From Oscillatoriales cyanobacterium (lineage in GTDB: Bacteria; Cyanobacteriota; Cyanobacteriia; CACIAM-69d), in the NCBI GenBank assembly GCA_004292515.1, contig RDXB01000039.1, forward strand, positions 1,778-65,777: a stretch of 64,000 nt of DNA, in the 5' to 3' direction. A program made the translations under genes and the position numbers. Below the pieces are notes generated by a model, which saw only the letters and a program-made list of their open reading frames with translations, was not told the origin of the DNA and made no database searches. This document shows, one piece after another, positions 40,046 through 50,137 of the stretch (position 1 is the first letter of the stretch; every line of letters starts with the position of its first letter).

Positions 40046-40134
40046 TGGTTAACTAGCCCGTGGTTAACTAGCCCGTGGTTAACTAGCCCGTGGTTAACTA
40101 GCCCGTGGTTAACTAGCCCGTGGTTAACTAGCCC
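40046..40134. repeat. Perfect 15-bp tandem repeat TGGTTAACTAGCCCG x6
   Basis: Read directly from the sequence, just downstream of purE. Confidence 0.95.
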
Positions 40135-40152
40135 AGGCGATCGCCAGCATTT

Positions 40153-40680
40153 TTAGGATTGCTGGAGATAAGCCTGATATCCGAGATGATCAAGCGTTGT
40201 TTGCTTCTCTTCAACCATTCTGCGCAGACTGTCGCGGTAGGCCTGCAAGCGAGATTGCAATTCAGGGTCATGGCTAGCAATCATTTGCACCGCCAGCAAG
40301 CCTGCATTCTTGGCATTGCCGATCGCCACGGTGGCCACGGGAATCCCCCCAGGCATTTGCACGATCGAGTAGAGCGAATCGACTCCGCCCAGTTGCTTGG
40401 TCGCCACCGGCACACCAATCACCGGCAACACGGTCAAGGCCGCCACCATGCCGGGTAGGTGCGCTGCGCCCCCAGCCCCGGCAATGATCACCTTCAGACC
40501 CCGATCAACGGCGCTTTTGGCATAGTCCACCATTCGATCGGGGGTGCGGTGGGCCGAGACGATCGCCACTTCTGCCGAAACACCGAACTCCTCACAAACG
40601 GCGATCGCCGCCTGCATCGTGGGCAAGTCAGAATCACTGCCCATGATGATGCCGACCAGGGGAGAAAGGGAGCTATCCAT
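40153..40680 (-). CDS. purE: N5-CAIR mutase
   Basis: [39 protein letters not shown]. Confidence 0.96.
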   Translation of the reverse strand: MDSSLSPLVGIIMGSDSDLPTMQAAIAVCEEFGVSAEVAIVSAHRTPDRMVDYAKSAVDRGLKVIIAGAGGAAHLPGMVAALTVLPVIGVPVATKQLGGVDSLYSIVQMPGGIPVATVAIGNAKNAGLLAVQMIASHDPELQSRLQAYRDSLRRMVEEKQTTLDHLGYQAYLQQS

Positions 40681-40754
40681 ATATGAGAGCTGAGTCTAAA
40701 GGGGGTAAGGATCACAACGCGCGGGGAATCTGCTTGCTGAACCTGTGAGTTCAG

Positions 40755-42053
40755 CAAAAGAAAAGGGTCTGAAACCCCGCCCTTTTAGGGCGGTTTTATT
40801 CGACAACTTACACTATGGTCGATATCATGTAAGGCATGGCTGAAAAGGCTTACCGATACCGTTTCTACCCAACAACCGAGCAAGTGTTGCTGTTGCGACA
40901 AACGCTTGGTTGTGTGCGACTGATTTATAACCGGGCGCTAGCAGAACGAACGCAAGCCTGGTACGAGCGACAAGAGCGAGTGGGACATGCTCAAACTTCT
41001 TCCCTGTTGACCACATGGAAAAAAGATGAGGAGCTGGCGTTTCTCAATGATGTCAGTTCGGTTCCATTGCAGCAAGGATTGCGGCATTTGCAATCAGCAT
41101 TTACCAATTTCTTTGCAGGCAGAACTCAGTACCCAACCTTCAAGAAAAAACGAAACGGAGGGAGTGCAGAATTTACGCGCTCTGCCTTTTGCTTGAAAGA
41201 TGGCCAAGTATTTTTGGCTAAATCTGACCAACCTTTGAAGATTCGCTGGTCACGGCCATTACCCGATGGTGTTGAGCCATCGACGGTCACGGTGCGATTG
41301 AGTCCTGGTGGACATTGGCATCTATCCTTACGGTTTGATGATCCTCGTGATTTGACCCTGCCAGAATCCTCCAATGCGGTAGGACTGGATATGGGTATTA
41401 CGAGCTTGGTCACAGTCAGCACGGGTGAAAAAGTTGCCAACCCCACCCATCTCAAGCGCCACCACAAGCGTTTACGAATGGCTCAAAAATCTCTAAGCCG
41501 CAAGGTCAAGGGATCTCGCAATCGCGACAAAGCCAGACGTAAAGTTGCTCGTATTCACCAATGGATCACAGACTCCAGACAAGACCACCTACACAAGCTG
41601 ACTACTCGCCTGATTCGTGAAAACCAAACGATCGCGGTGGAATCGTTGTCAGTGGTGAATATGGTCAAGAATCACAAACTTGCTCGCGCCATTAGTAATG
41701 CGGGATGGGGTGAGTTGGTTCGACAACTGGAGTACAAAGCGCAGTGGTATGGGCGATCGGTGGTCAAGATTGACAAGTGGTTCCCTAGTTCTAAGCGCTG
41801 TGGAAGTTGTGGCCATGTTGTTGACAAGCTGCCGCTCAAGATTCGAGAGTGGGATTGCCCTAGCTGCGGAATGCACCACGATCGAGACGTGAATGCAGCG
41901 CGTAATATTTTGGCCGCTGGGCTAGCGGTTTCAGTCTGTGGAGCAACCGTCAGACCCGAAGAGAGTAAATCTCGGAAGGCAGGTGCTATGAAACAGAAAC
42001 CTAGATCGTGAGGTCTGGGAATCCCCGTTCTTTTAGAACAGGGAGGATGTCAA
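40755..42053 (+). mobile_element. IS200/IS605-family element without tnpA (IS1341-like)
   Basis: Left end TCAG|CAAAAG... with hairpin CCGCCCT-TTT-AGGGCGG; right end GAAT-CCCCGTTCTTTTAGAACAGGG-AGGATG-TCAA, the same layout as IS608 ends. Confidence 0.85.
40836..42011 (+). CDS. tnpB: RNA-guided endonuclease TnpB
   Basis: KAYRYRFYPT HTH; RuvC-I GLDMG, RuvC-II AVESL, Zn finger CGSC...CPSC, RuvC-III DRDVNAARNI. Confidence 0.95.
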   Translation: MAEKAYRYRFYPTTEQVLLLRQTLGCVRLIYNRALAERTQAWYERQERVGHAQTSSLLTTWKKDEELAFLNDVSSVPLQQGLRHLQSAFTNFFAGRTQYPTFKKKRNGGSAEFTRSAFCLKDGQVFLAKSDQPLKIRWSRPLPDGVEPSTVTVRLSPGGHWHLSLRFDDPRDLTLPESSNAVGLDMGITSLVTVSTGEKVANPTHLKRHHKRLRMAQKSLSRKVKGSRNRDKARRKVARIHQWITDSRQDHLHKLTTRLIRENQTIAVESLSVVNMVKNHKLARAISNAGWGELVRQLEYKAQWYGRSVVKIDKWFPSSKRCGSCGHVVDKLPLKIREWDCPSCGMHHDRDVNAARNILAAGLAVSVCGATVRPEESKSRKAGAMKQKPRS

Positions 42054-42070
42054 GAAACACTGAGGGCCGT
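41900..42070 (+). ncRNA. Predicted TnpB omega/re-RNA (boundaries approximate; guide starts at 42054)
   Basis: Inferred from known TnpB biology: the RNA overlaps the tnpB 3' end and the right-end hairpin. Confidence 0.5.
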
Positions 42071-42211
42071 TGCACCAAGGGCAGCGCCCAAGGTTCGGCT
42101 GAATTCTACCGGCTGCTGCGTTTTGGCCCAGGTTTTGGATGCCACGCGGCAGGCTGAGTGTGACAGCTTGCAGTTGACCGCTTTCGTGGCATAGCCATAT
42201 CTTATCGATCG

Positions 42212-43411
42212 ATGACCCATTGGCAAAATCGGCGAATCAATCGCGCGCGGCTGCTCGATCGCTCGGGTCTCCATGATCTGATTTGCGACCAGCAGGGACT
42301 GATTGGCGAAATCACGCCCCACGACCCAGCGGCCGTCGATGAGCGCAGCACCCATGCGGAGTTTACCGGCGCGATCGACCTCCAAGGCGATTGGTTGTCG
42401 CCCGGTGGTGTGGATTTACAAATCAACGGGGCCCTGGGCTTGGCCTTTCCCGACCTGACCCTGGCGGACTTGCCCCAGCTCGATCGGATTTGTCAATTCC
42501 TGTGGCGACAGGGGGTTACGGCCTGTTTGCCGACGATCGTTACCACCTCGATCGCCAAAATCCACCAAAGCCTGGCCGTGCTGGCCACCTACCAAGCTCG
42601 GGAGCCGGATCGGGCCGGCCGGGCGATGATTTGGGGCGCGCACCTCGAAGGCCCTTGCCTCAATCCCCAAAAGCGCGGGGCCCATCCCGAGCAGTTTTTG
42701 CAACCCCTGACTGTGGAACGGCTGGCGGTGATCTTGGGGCCCCACGTTGATCAGGTCGCCAAAATCACCCTAGCCCCGGAACTTGACCCGAGCGGCGCGG
42801 CGATCGACTGGCTGCGATCGCGCGGGATTGCCGTCAGTTTGGGCCACTCCCAAGCCACCGCCGCCGAAGCGGAAGCGGCCTTTGAGCAGGGGGCAACGAT
42901 GGTGACTCATGCCTTTAACGCCATGCCGCCGCTGCATCACCGAGAGCCGGGCCTGTTGGGGGCGGCGATCGGGCGATCGGGGGTTTGGTGTGGGTTCATT
43001 GCCGACGGGATTCATGTTTGTCCGTCGATGCTGCGCCTGTTGTTGCGGGCGGGGAACTACGGTCAGGGGTTGTTTTTGGTTAGCGATGCCCTGTCGCCTT
43101 TGGGGTTGCCCGATGGGACTTATCCTTGGGACGATCGGACGATCGAAGTTTGCCAGGGAACAGCCCGCCTACCCGATGGCACGCTCTCGGGCACAACCCT
43201 GTCACTCCTCGATGGGGTACAAAATCTCCTAAGTTGGCAGCTTTGCACCCCGGAACAGGCGATCGCCCTGGCCACGATTGCTCCACGTCGGGCGATCGGG
43301 CGGCTGTCAGTGTCGGCCGATCCCTATGGCGATCAAAGTCCCGATCGGCTCCTGCGTTGGCATCGTCAACCGGACGGCCAACTTACCTGGCGACATTTGC
43401 AGTTGAATTAG
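42212..43411 (+). CDS. nagA: N-acetylglucosamine-6-phosphate deacetylase
   Basis: PGGVDLQING, HLEGP, TLAPE, SLGHS, THAFNAM, IADGIHV, LSGT. Confidence 0.9.
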   Translation: MTHWQNRRINRARLLDRSGLHDLICDQQGLIGEITPHDPAAVDERSTHAEFTGAIDLQGDWLSPGGVDLQINGALGLAFPDLTLADLPQLDRICQFLWRQGVTACLPTIVTTSIAKIHQSLAVLATYQAREPDRAGRAMIWGAHLEGPCLNPQKRGAHPEQFLQPLTVERLAVILGPHVDQVAKITLAPELDPSGAAIDWLRSRGIAVSLGHSQATAAEAEAAFEQGATMVTHAFNAMPPLHHREPGLLGAAIGRSGVWCGFIADGIHVCPSMLRLLLRAGNYGQGLFLVSDALSPLGLPDGTYPWDDRTIEVCQGTARLPDGTLSGTTLSLLDGVQNLLSWQLCTPEQAIALATIAPRRAIGRLSVSADPYGDQSPDRLLRWHRQPDGQLTWRHLQLN

Positions 43412-43518
43412 TCCCCAAAACCAGCCCGCCGCAGCCTGATTGAGTCCCGATCCAATCCCAATTAGATCGCGCTCAGATCTTGATCAGATCCAGTCCCGAT
43501 CCTCACTCCCTATCATCT

Positions 43519-43752
43519 ATGTCATCGATTAATCAGGAAACGCTCACTGCGATCGCCAAGGTTGTTGTTGCCTCCTTGGGCCTGTCCGTGGCGATTAAGT
43601 TGATGGCTCATTGGGCGATCGCCACGCCGCCCAACTGGGTTGCAGCCGTGGCGATCGTGCTGCCCTCGTTGGTGCTGGGTGGTTGGATGGCTCAAAAATC
43701 GAGGGGCGATCGGTCAGTCACAACCGACCGCGATCGCCCCCAACAGCCCTAA
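43519..43752 (+). CDS. Small hypothetical two-helix membrane protein
   Basis: KVVVASLGLSVAIK and AIVLPSLVL hydrophobic segments. Confidence 0.55.
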   Translation: MSSINQETLTAIAKVVVASLGLSVAIKLMAHWAIATPPNWVAAVAIVLPSLVLGGWMAQKSRGDRSVTTDRDRPQQP

Positions 43753-43782
43753 ATTCAATTCAACGATTCAATTTAGCGATTC

Positions 43783-43878
43783 AATTCAACAGCCCAATTC
43801 AACAGCCCAATTCAACAGCCCAATTCAATCGATCGTTGAATTAACTCGCCTGAATTAACTCGCCTGAATTAACTCGCC
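43783..43878. repeat. Opposed tandem arrays AATTCAACAGCCC x3 and TGAATTAACTCGCC x3
   Basis: The arrays meet at AATTCAA-TCGATCG-TTGAATT between convergent genes. Confidence 0.8.
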
Positions 43879-43887
43879 AAAGATCCC

Positions 43888-44322
43888 CTAGGAATTGGCC
43901 AATTGAGCCACCGGAGATCCCTGGTGCATCTCCTGGGCCGAAACCCAGTCGGGGCGTAAGTGCTTGGCCCCGCGTAAGTAGGGGTGATGGATGGGGGCGA
44001 TCGGCTCGGGCGTGTTGAAGTGAACCAGTAGCCGAATGCATTGGGGCAAACTACCTGCCACGTCCATTTGCTGGACATCCATCAGCGGCACATTCTGCCA
44101 GTTGGGACGCTCGCGGGCAATCTTGGCCGGGAAAACGGCATTGAGGTCGCGCGTGACGGAAAACGTGACGCTCACCACTTCATCCATATCCAGCCGATTA
44201 TGCGATTCCAATGCGTCGAGAAGCTCGTGAACCGCAGCCCGCATGGCTTCCACGGTGTTATCGGTTGCGGTAGTTGCGCCTCGAATAGCTCGGACTCGCC
44301 AACCCACGTTCCTGTCCTCCAA
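43888..44322 (-). CDS. aroH: Chorismate mutase, AroH class
   Basis: RAIRGATT, FSVTRDLNAVFPA, CIRLL, YLRGAKHLRPDW. Confidence 0.92.
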   Translation of the reverse strand: MEDRNVGWRVRAIRGATTATDNTVEAMRAAVHELLDALESHNRLDMDEVVSVTFSVTRDLNAVFPAKIARERPNWQNVPLMDVQQMDVAGSLPQCIRLLVHFNTPEPIAPIHHPYLRGAKHLRPDWVSAQEMHQGSPVAQLANS

Positions 44323-44480
44323 ATGCGCGTGAGGGTGTGCAGATGACTGTACGGCATTGGGGGCGATCGAGTGCGAAACCTGATCGGAGTCGTGCCGTAT
44401 AGCTAGTTATAGCCTAGGTTTGCCGTCGTTAAGCGATTGGGGGGCGGTCAACGCGATCGCCCCAGCCAGTGCCGTTCAGC

Positions 44481-45791
44481 CTATAGGCGCAAGACCGCAT
44501 CGCTGGCACTGACGGCCACCAACGCCGATCGCACCACATCGGGGGCCGCACCAGCGATCGTCGCCAGAGTTTGACCCGTCGGCAGTTGAATCACCGTCGA
44601 GCCGCCTTGATCTTGCAGGGTCAGTTGGTTGAGAGCCACGCTGCCCACAATCCCGAACCGATCGCCCTGGGCCGCGCTAAAGTCCACGATCGCATCAGCC
44701 GCCGCCTGCACCCCGATCGCCGTATCCGTCCGCAACAGGAACGTATCAGCCCCCGCCCCGCCGGTCAGCGTGTCGGCCCCAAAATCACCGCACAGCACAT
44801 CATTACCCTCACCGCCCAGCAGCGAATCATTGCCCTGGCCGCCGCGCACAAAGTCATCGCCCGCCCCGCCAATCACCGTGTCATTGCCCCGGTTGCCATT
44901 GACGAAATCGCCGCCCGCGTTCCCATTCACCAGGTCATCGCCATCGTTGCCGCGCAGGTAGTCATCCCCATCGGCCCCGGAAATCACATCATTGCCCTCA
45001 TCGCCCCAGATAATATCGGCAGCGCTGGAACCCGTGAGCGTGTCGTTGCCCGCCAGGCCGCGCACACCGCTGGGGGTGGTTTGGCTTTGGGCCGCCGTCA
45101 GGATCACGGCCTCTGCCGCCGCTCCCAAAAAGGTGAACTGACGCGGCAAATCTGCCCGGTTCAAGAAGTTATGGGCAGCATTTAAACGAGCAACATCGCT
45201 CAACACCGCCGAAGTCCGGCTGGGCAACACCCCATCAATCACTTTGGCCGATGCAATCCGATCGCCCGCCTTAATTGCATCCACCGCCGAAAACCCTTGG
45301 GTCACTTGCCCAAAGGTGGCGTAGTTGCCATCCAAAAAGGGCAGCTCCTTTAGGGCAATGTAAAACTGCGACGAGGCGGAATCGGGATTATCGGCGCGGG
45401 CCATGGCGATCGTCCCCTGTTTGTGGGGCACGGCCACGGGCTGCGTGGTGGTTTGGCTATAGGTCGGTTGGGTTGCGCCCTGGGTTTTGATTTCCAGCGG
45501 AATGGTGCGCGCCTGATTGGTGTCGGGGTCGATGAAGCTGCCGCCGCCCAACTGGTTGAGGGGCACGTTGGGATCTTTGCTGGCTGGGTCGCCTGCTTGC
45601 ACCACAAACGGGTCGGGCGATCGCACCACCCGGTGAAAGGAAATCCCGTCATAAAACCCACGCTCCACCAAGTCCACAAAGTTGCCAGCGGTGACGGGGG
45701 CGTTGGCTCCGTCGATCGCCATTTCGACGGTCTGGCCGTTGACGAGCATGGCGACGGTAGCGGAACCATTCAGGCGAGCAGCAGGAGCCAT
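44481..45791 (-). CDS. Cyclophilin-type PPIase fused to RTX calcium-binding repeats
   Basis: [43 protein letters not shown]; then GGxGxDxL nonapeptides. Confidence 0.88.
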   Translation of the reverse strand: MAPAARLNGSATVAMLVNGQTVEMAIDGANAPVTAGNFVDLVERGFYDGISFHRVVRSPDPFVVQAGDPASKDPNVPLNQLGGGSFIDPDTNQARTIPLEIKTQGATQPTYSQTTTQPVAVPHKQGTIAMARADNPDSASSQFYIALKELPFLDGNYATFGQVTQGFSAVDAIKAGDRIASAKVIDGVLPSRTSAVLSDVARLNAAHNFLNRADLPRQFTFLGAAAEAVILTAAQSQTTPSGVRGLAGNDTLTGSSAADIIWGDEGNDVISGADGDDYLRGNDGDDLVNGNAGGDFVNGNRGNDTVIGGAGDDFVRGGQGNDSLLGGEGNDVLCGDFGADTLTGGAGADTFLLRTDTAIGVQAAADAIVDFSAAQGDRFGIVGSVALNQLTLQDQGGSTVIQLPTGQTLATIAGAAPDVVRSALVAVSASDAVLRL

Positions 45792-46197
45792 AGATCTGTT
45801 GGAGACTTTTAGAGAAACGATTGCTTGAGTTAACGAATTACAGGGTCAGGCGGGATAAAGGCGGGATAAAGGCGGGATAGAACGGAGCGATGCGACCAAA
45901 CCTGTGCCAGTTTAGCTTGGCAGCCAGCCTATCGCTAATCTTGGATACTAAATCTTGGAGTCGGTGCAAGGTTTGAAGCCTAGCGCGATCGCTCCTAGCC
46001 CGGTCTGACGACGATCGCCCCGCCGAGGTTTCACAGGCGGTCAGCGACAGGGATGGACAAGACAACCGCAACAAATGCGATCGCTGCCAAATAAGATTAG
46101 TAGACTAGTCTTGAAAAGTGTTTTGCACCTCAATAGGATTAGTAAACTGATTTTATTAGGGCAACATTGCGTCTGACCCTGGAGCTAGCGATCACCG

Positions 46198-47697
46198 ATG
46201 CTGGAAATTTCTAAAAGCGACATTTTGGCGCGCCTCCGGTTTGACAACCCCTGGTGGGAGACGGGAGCTAGCGGGGCGATCGACTATCAAGATGCCCCGC
46301 GCCGCCAATATTTCCCGCCATTCCATCAACAAATTCTGGACACTGAGCTAAGACGGGCGATCGTCCTCATGGGGCCCAGGCGGGTGGGCAAAACCGTCAT
46401 GGTCTACCACAGCATCCGCGCGCTGCTAGATGCCGGGATCGAAGCGACCCATATTCTCTATTTATCGCTAGAAACTCCTGTTTATACGGGGCTATCCCTC
46501 GAACGGTTAGTCAATTATTTTCAAGAACTATTCGATCATCAACGAGACTCGAAGCTGTTTGTCTTTTTTGATGAGATTCAATATCTAAAGGACTGGGAAG
46601 TTCACCTCAAGTCCTTGGTGGATTCATTTGGGGCTTATCGATTTATTGCAACCGGATCGGCAGCGGCAGCCCTGCGACTCAAAAGCAATGAATCTGGGGC
46701 AGGCCGTTTTAGTGATTACATCCTGCCACCGCTTACCTTTGCTGAATATCTCACCTTTATTGGTCAAGAGCCTGAACTCATTTCAGTGCCAATTCAGGAT
46801 GACGCTCAACGCGAGAAAAGTCTTGATACTGTTGCCAATATTGAAACACTCAATCGAGAATTTGTTAACTATCTGAATTTTGGTGGATATCCTGAAGCCG
46901 TTTTCTCAAAAACCATTCAACGTAGTCCAGAACAATATATTAAGAGCGACATTATCGATAAGGTTCTATTGCGCGATCTGCCGAGTCTGTATGGTGTGCG
47001 CGACATTCAGGAGCTGAATCGACTATTCACCACCCTGGCATACAACTCCGGTCATGAGATCAACTTAGATGCTTTATCCAAGTCGTCTAATATCGCCAAA
47101 AATACGATTAAGCGCTATCTCGAATATTTAGAGGCTGCATTTTTGATTCGGCGCATCGAACGGATTGACCACAATGCCAAGCGATTAAAGCGCGCAACTA
47201 GCTTCAAAATCTATTTAACAAATCCATCGATGCGGGCCGCCCTGTTCGGATCTTTGAATCAAGATTCGGAAGCGATGGGACTAATGACTGAAACAGCTAT
47301 TTTTAGTCAATGGCAACATAGTCAAATGGCTCAACTGTATTATGCTCGATGGGACAAGGGCGAAATTGATATTGTCTCTTTGAGTCCTAATACACGATCG
47401 CCCCATTGGATTGTTGAGGTGAAATGGAGCGACAAGCCCCATCAATCCCGATCGGAACTGGATAGTTGCGTGGAGTTCGTGCGTCGCAATCCTGATTTAT
47501 TGCAACCGATTTGGGTCACGAGTCGGACGATCGCCGATCCGCATGTTGAGCATAGAAATGTGCGATTTGTGTTTCAGCCGGCCAGCGTTTATGCCTATGT
47601 TTTAGGTCGCAATTTGCTGGATCGGATTGATCGATCAAGATCGCTAGGACAATCGATCGCCCCCCGGTTGCGTGACGAGAGCGATCGCCCCGAGTGA
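46198..47697 (+). CDS. AAA_14 ATPase with a DUF4143 / PD-(D/E)xK-like C-terminus
   Basis: GPRRVGKT, FFDEIQ, TGS, FGGYPE, GEIDIV...VEVKW; AT-richer than its neighbours. Confidence 0.85.
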   Translation: MLEISKSDILARLRFDNPWWETGASGAIDYQDAPRRQYFPPFHQQILDTELRRAIVLMGPRRVGKTVMVYHSIRALLDAGIEATHILYLSLETPVYTGLSLERLVNYFQELFDHQRDSKLFVFFDEIQYLKDWEVHLKSLVDSFGAYRFIATGSAAAALRLKSNESGAGRFSDYILPPLTFAEYLTFIGQEPELISVPIQDDAQREKSLDTVANIETLNREFVNYLNFGGYPEAVFSKTIQRSPEQYIKSDIIDKVLLRDLPSLYGVRDIQELNRLFTTLAYNSGHEINLDALSKSSNIAKNTIKRYLEYLEAAFLIRRIERIDHNAKRLKRATSFKIYLTNPSMRAALFGSLNQDSEAMGLMTETAIFSQWQHSQMAQLYYARWDKGEIDIVSLSPNTRSPHWIVEVKWSDKPHQSRSELDSCVEFVRRNPDLLQPIWVTSRTIADPHVEHRNVRFVFQPASVYAYVLGRNLLDRIDRSRSLGQSIAPRLRDESDRPE

Positions 47698-47812
47698 CCC
47701 CGGGCGATCTCGGGCGATCGGGTCATGTCGTTCCCGAAGCCGTGCGGCATAATGGGGCGTGGTCTCGGCGCTGTTGCCGATCGACCGGGATTTTTGACCG
47801 AGATCGATCGCC

Positions 47813-48901
47813 ATGATTGAAGTTGAACAGTTGCGGAAGGTCTACGGCAGCACCGTCGCCATCCGTGAGGTGACGTTTTCCGTAGAGCCGGGGGAGATTT
47901 TGGGGTTTTTGGGCCCGAACGGCGCGGGCAAAACCACCACCATGCGGATTTTGACGGGGTATTTGCCCGCCACCAGCGGCACGGCCCGGGTTGCGGGCTT
48001 TGATGTGCATGACCAGTCGATGGCGGTGCGCGAGCGGATTGGCTACTTGCCCGAAACGCCGCCGCTCTATCCCGATATGACCGTCGAAGGATTTTTGAAC
48101 TTTGTGGCGCGGATTAAGGGCGTGTCGGCGGGCGATCGCCCCGAGCGGGTGCGTTGGTCGCTGGAGCGCTGTGGCCTGAGCGATCGCCGCAAGACGATCA
48201 TTAATAAGCTGTCGAAGGGCTACCGGCAGCGGGTGGGGATTGCCCAGGCCATCGTCCATGATCCCCCGGCGATCGTGTTGGATGAACCAACCGTGGGCCT
48301 TGACCCGCGCCAAATTGCCGAAGTTCGCAACCTAATCAAAAGCTTGGCCGGCGACCACACGGTGATCTTGTCCACCCACATCCTGCCAGAAGTAAGCATG
48401 ACTTGCAGCCGGGTGGCGATCGTCAATGGCGGACGGGTGGTGGCCACGGACACGCCCGAAAACCTGATGGCTGGGCGGATGGGCGGCGCGGCCTACGATT
48501 TGGAGCTGGATGGGGGCGCGGCGGCCCTCGCGATGATCGACCCCGATCGCCCGGTGCAATTGCTCGATCGCGCGGCCCGGTTGGTGGAACAGCTCGCCAG
48601 CATTGCCGGGGTGCGATCGATTACGCCCCAAACACCGGAAGCCGATCGCCCCCAACGGTTGCGGCTGAAAGTGGCGATCGAGCGGGGCACGGAACCAGCC
48701 CAAGAGATCGCTCGGGCAGTGATTGCGGCGGAGTTGGGATTATGTGAGCTACGCCGCAGCCAAGCCACCCTCGAAGATGTGTTCCTGGATTTGACCACCG
48801 AGGAAGCCACCGGGGCGATCGGGGTGGAAGTGCCATCACAGCCGCAACCCCCAGCGGCGATCGAACCGGAGCCGCCGAGCGAACCAGGGGATACGGAGTA
48901 G
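47813..48901 (+). CDS. ABC transporter ATP-binding protein (GldA-like)
   Basis: GPNGAGKTT, LSKGYRQRVGIAQA, LDEPTVGLDP. Confidence 0.9.
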   Translation: MIEVEQLRKVYGSTVAIREVTFSVEPGEILGFLGPNGAGKTTTMRILTGYLPATSGTARVAGFDVHDQSMAVRERIGYLPETPPLYPDMTVEGFLNFVARIKGVSAGDRPERVRWSLERCGLSDRRKTIINKLSKGYRQRVGIAQAIVHDPPAIVLDEPTVGLDPRQIAEVRNLIKSLAGDHTVILSTHILPEVSMTCSRVAIVNGGRVVATDTPENLMAGRMGGAAYDLELDGGAAALAMIDPDRPVQLLDRAARLVEQLASIAGVRSITPQTPEADRPQRLRLKVAIERGTEPAQEIARAVIAAELGLCELRRSQATLEDVFLDLTTEEATGAIGVEVPSQPQPPAAIEPEPPSEPGDTE

Positions 48902-48959
48902 CGCGATCGGTCAAAGCTAAAGCACCACCGCTACGCAGTCCTGTGGCAACCAGGAGCTT

Positions 48960-49103
48960 AGGGGGTGTCGTCCAATCGCCTAAAACCCTGATTCCACCGT
49001 GAGCGGATCGTTAGGCAGCAAGGGGCTTAAGCCCCTTGTTACGACGACTGGGGCATGGAAGATCAACTGTTTCAGCTTGACCCCAGAAATGACGACAGGC
49101 CCT
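48960..49103 (+). mobile_element. 144-bp MITE-like element nested in a degenerate older copy, inside the ABC operon
   Basis: TIRs AGGGGGTGTCGTC / TGACGACAGGCCCT; left flank CAGGAGCTTA; right flank repeats GGGGCATGGAAAATCAACTGT. Confidence 0.8.
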
Positions 49104-49205
49104 CCCCTGCTATGACAATTGGGGCATGGAAAATCAACTGTCTAATCGTCTTTCTGGCATTTTGTACAACATTGCTCAACCCAAATCGGGGGCTATGGTT
49201 TCTCA

Positions 49206-50042
49206 ATGGTTTCTCAAGTAATTTATCGATCGCGCGTGATTGGCGCGAATATTCTGGCAATTTATCAGCGCGAACTCCAGGGCTATTTTGCATCGCCCCT
49301 CGCCTATGGGGTTGCCAGTGTCTTTTGGTTAATCGCGGGCATTTTCTTCGTGGCGGTGCTGCTTGGCGACTCGGGGATTATTGCCCAGTCTGCGGCTCGG
49401 GATATGCAAGGCGCACAGATGGGCATTCCCGTGCCCCCGATCGATGTGCCCTACGAATTTCTAAAGATTTACCTCGGGACGATCGGCTCCTTAGCGCTGT
49501 TTGTGCTGCCGATTTTGTCCATGAGTTTATATACCGAAGAACGCAAGCGCGGCACATTGGAGCTACTGGCCACTTCACCAATTACTAACTGGGCCGTGGC
49601 GGTGGGCAAGCTGCTGGGCGTGGCTACCTTTTTTGCCACCATGCTGGCTCCCTTGCTGTTGATGGAAATCATCGTGCTCTCCGCAGCTAGCCCGGCCCTG
49701 TCGCCTTGGGTGGCGGTGTCGGGTCATGTGGGCTTGGTTTTGATGGGTACGAGTGTGCTGTCCTTGGGTATGTTTTTGTCCTCGCTGACGGCCAGCACGG
49801 TGTTGGCAGCCATGATGACCTTTGGCCTGAATTTGTCCCTCTGGATTATTGATTTGTTGGCCAACGCGATCGGGGGTGATGCAGGGCAATTAGTTGGGCA
49901 CTTATCCCTACTCAAGCATTACGAAGCGGCGGTGCGCGGTGTGCCGGAGTCGGGCAGTGTGGTGCTGTTTTTTAGTTACATCATTTTGGGCATTTTCTTG
50001 ACGGCACAATCGGTGGAAACCTTCCGCTTCCAGCGATCGTAA
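49206..50042 (+). CDS. ABC-2 permease (GldF-like)
   Basis: AIYQRELQGYFASP, EERKRGTLELLATSP, six TM helices. Confidence 0.88.
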   Translation: MVSQVIYRSRVIGANILAIYQRELQGYFASPLAYGVASVFWLIAGIFFVAVLLGDSGIIAQSAARDMQGAQMGIPVPPIDVPYEFLKIYLGTIGSLALFVLPILSMSLYTEERKRGTLELLATSPITNWAVAVGKLLGVATFFATMLAPLLLMEIIVLSAASPALSPWVAVSGHVGLVLMGTSVLSLGMFLSSLTASTVLAAMMTFGLNLSLWIIDLLANAIGGDAGQLVGHLSLLKHYEAAVRGVPESGSVVLFFSYIILGIFLTAQSVETFRFQRS

Positions 50043-50137
50043 ATCAGCCAATTTTGTTAGCCAATCTTGATCGATCGCTAGTCAGCAAATTCTTGTCAGT
50101 AACTTCTACGAATTCTCTTGGGGGATGGCTTCAAACC

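Noticed and set aside
40046-40134. Possible CRISPR array associated with TnpB (Cas12f-like)
   Set aside because: Head-to-tail 15-mers without spacers, separated from tnpB by purE; tnpB has ordinary IS ends.
49055-49588. 177-aa ORF in the ABC operon
   Set aside because: It starts inside the MITE and overlaps the real permease in another frame.
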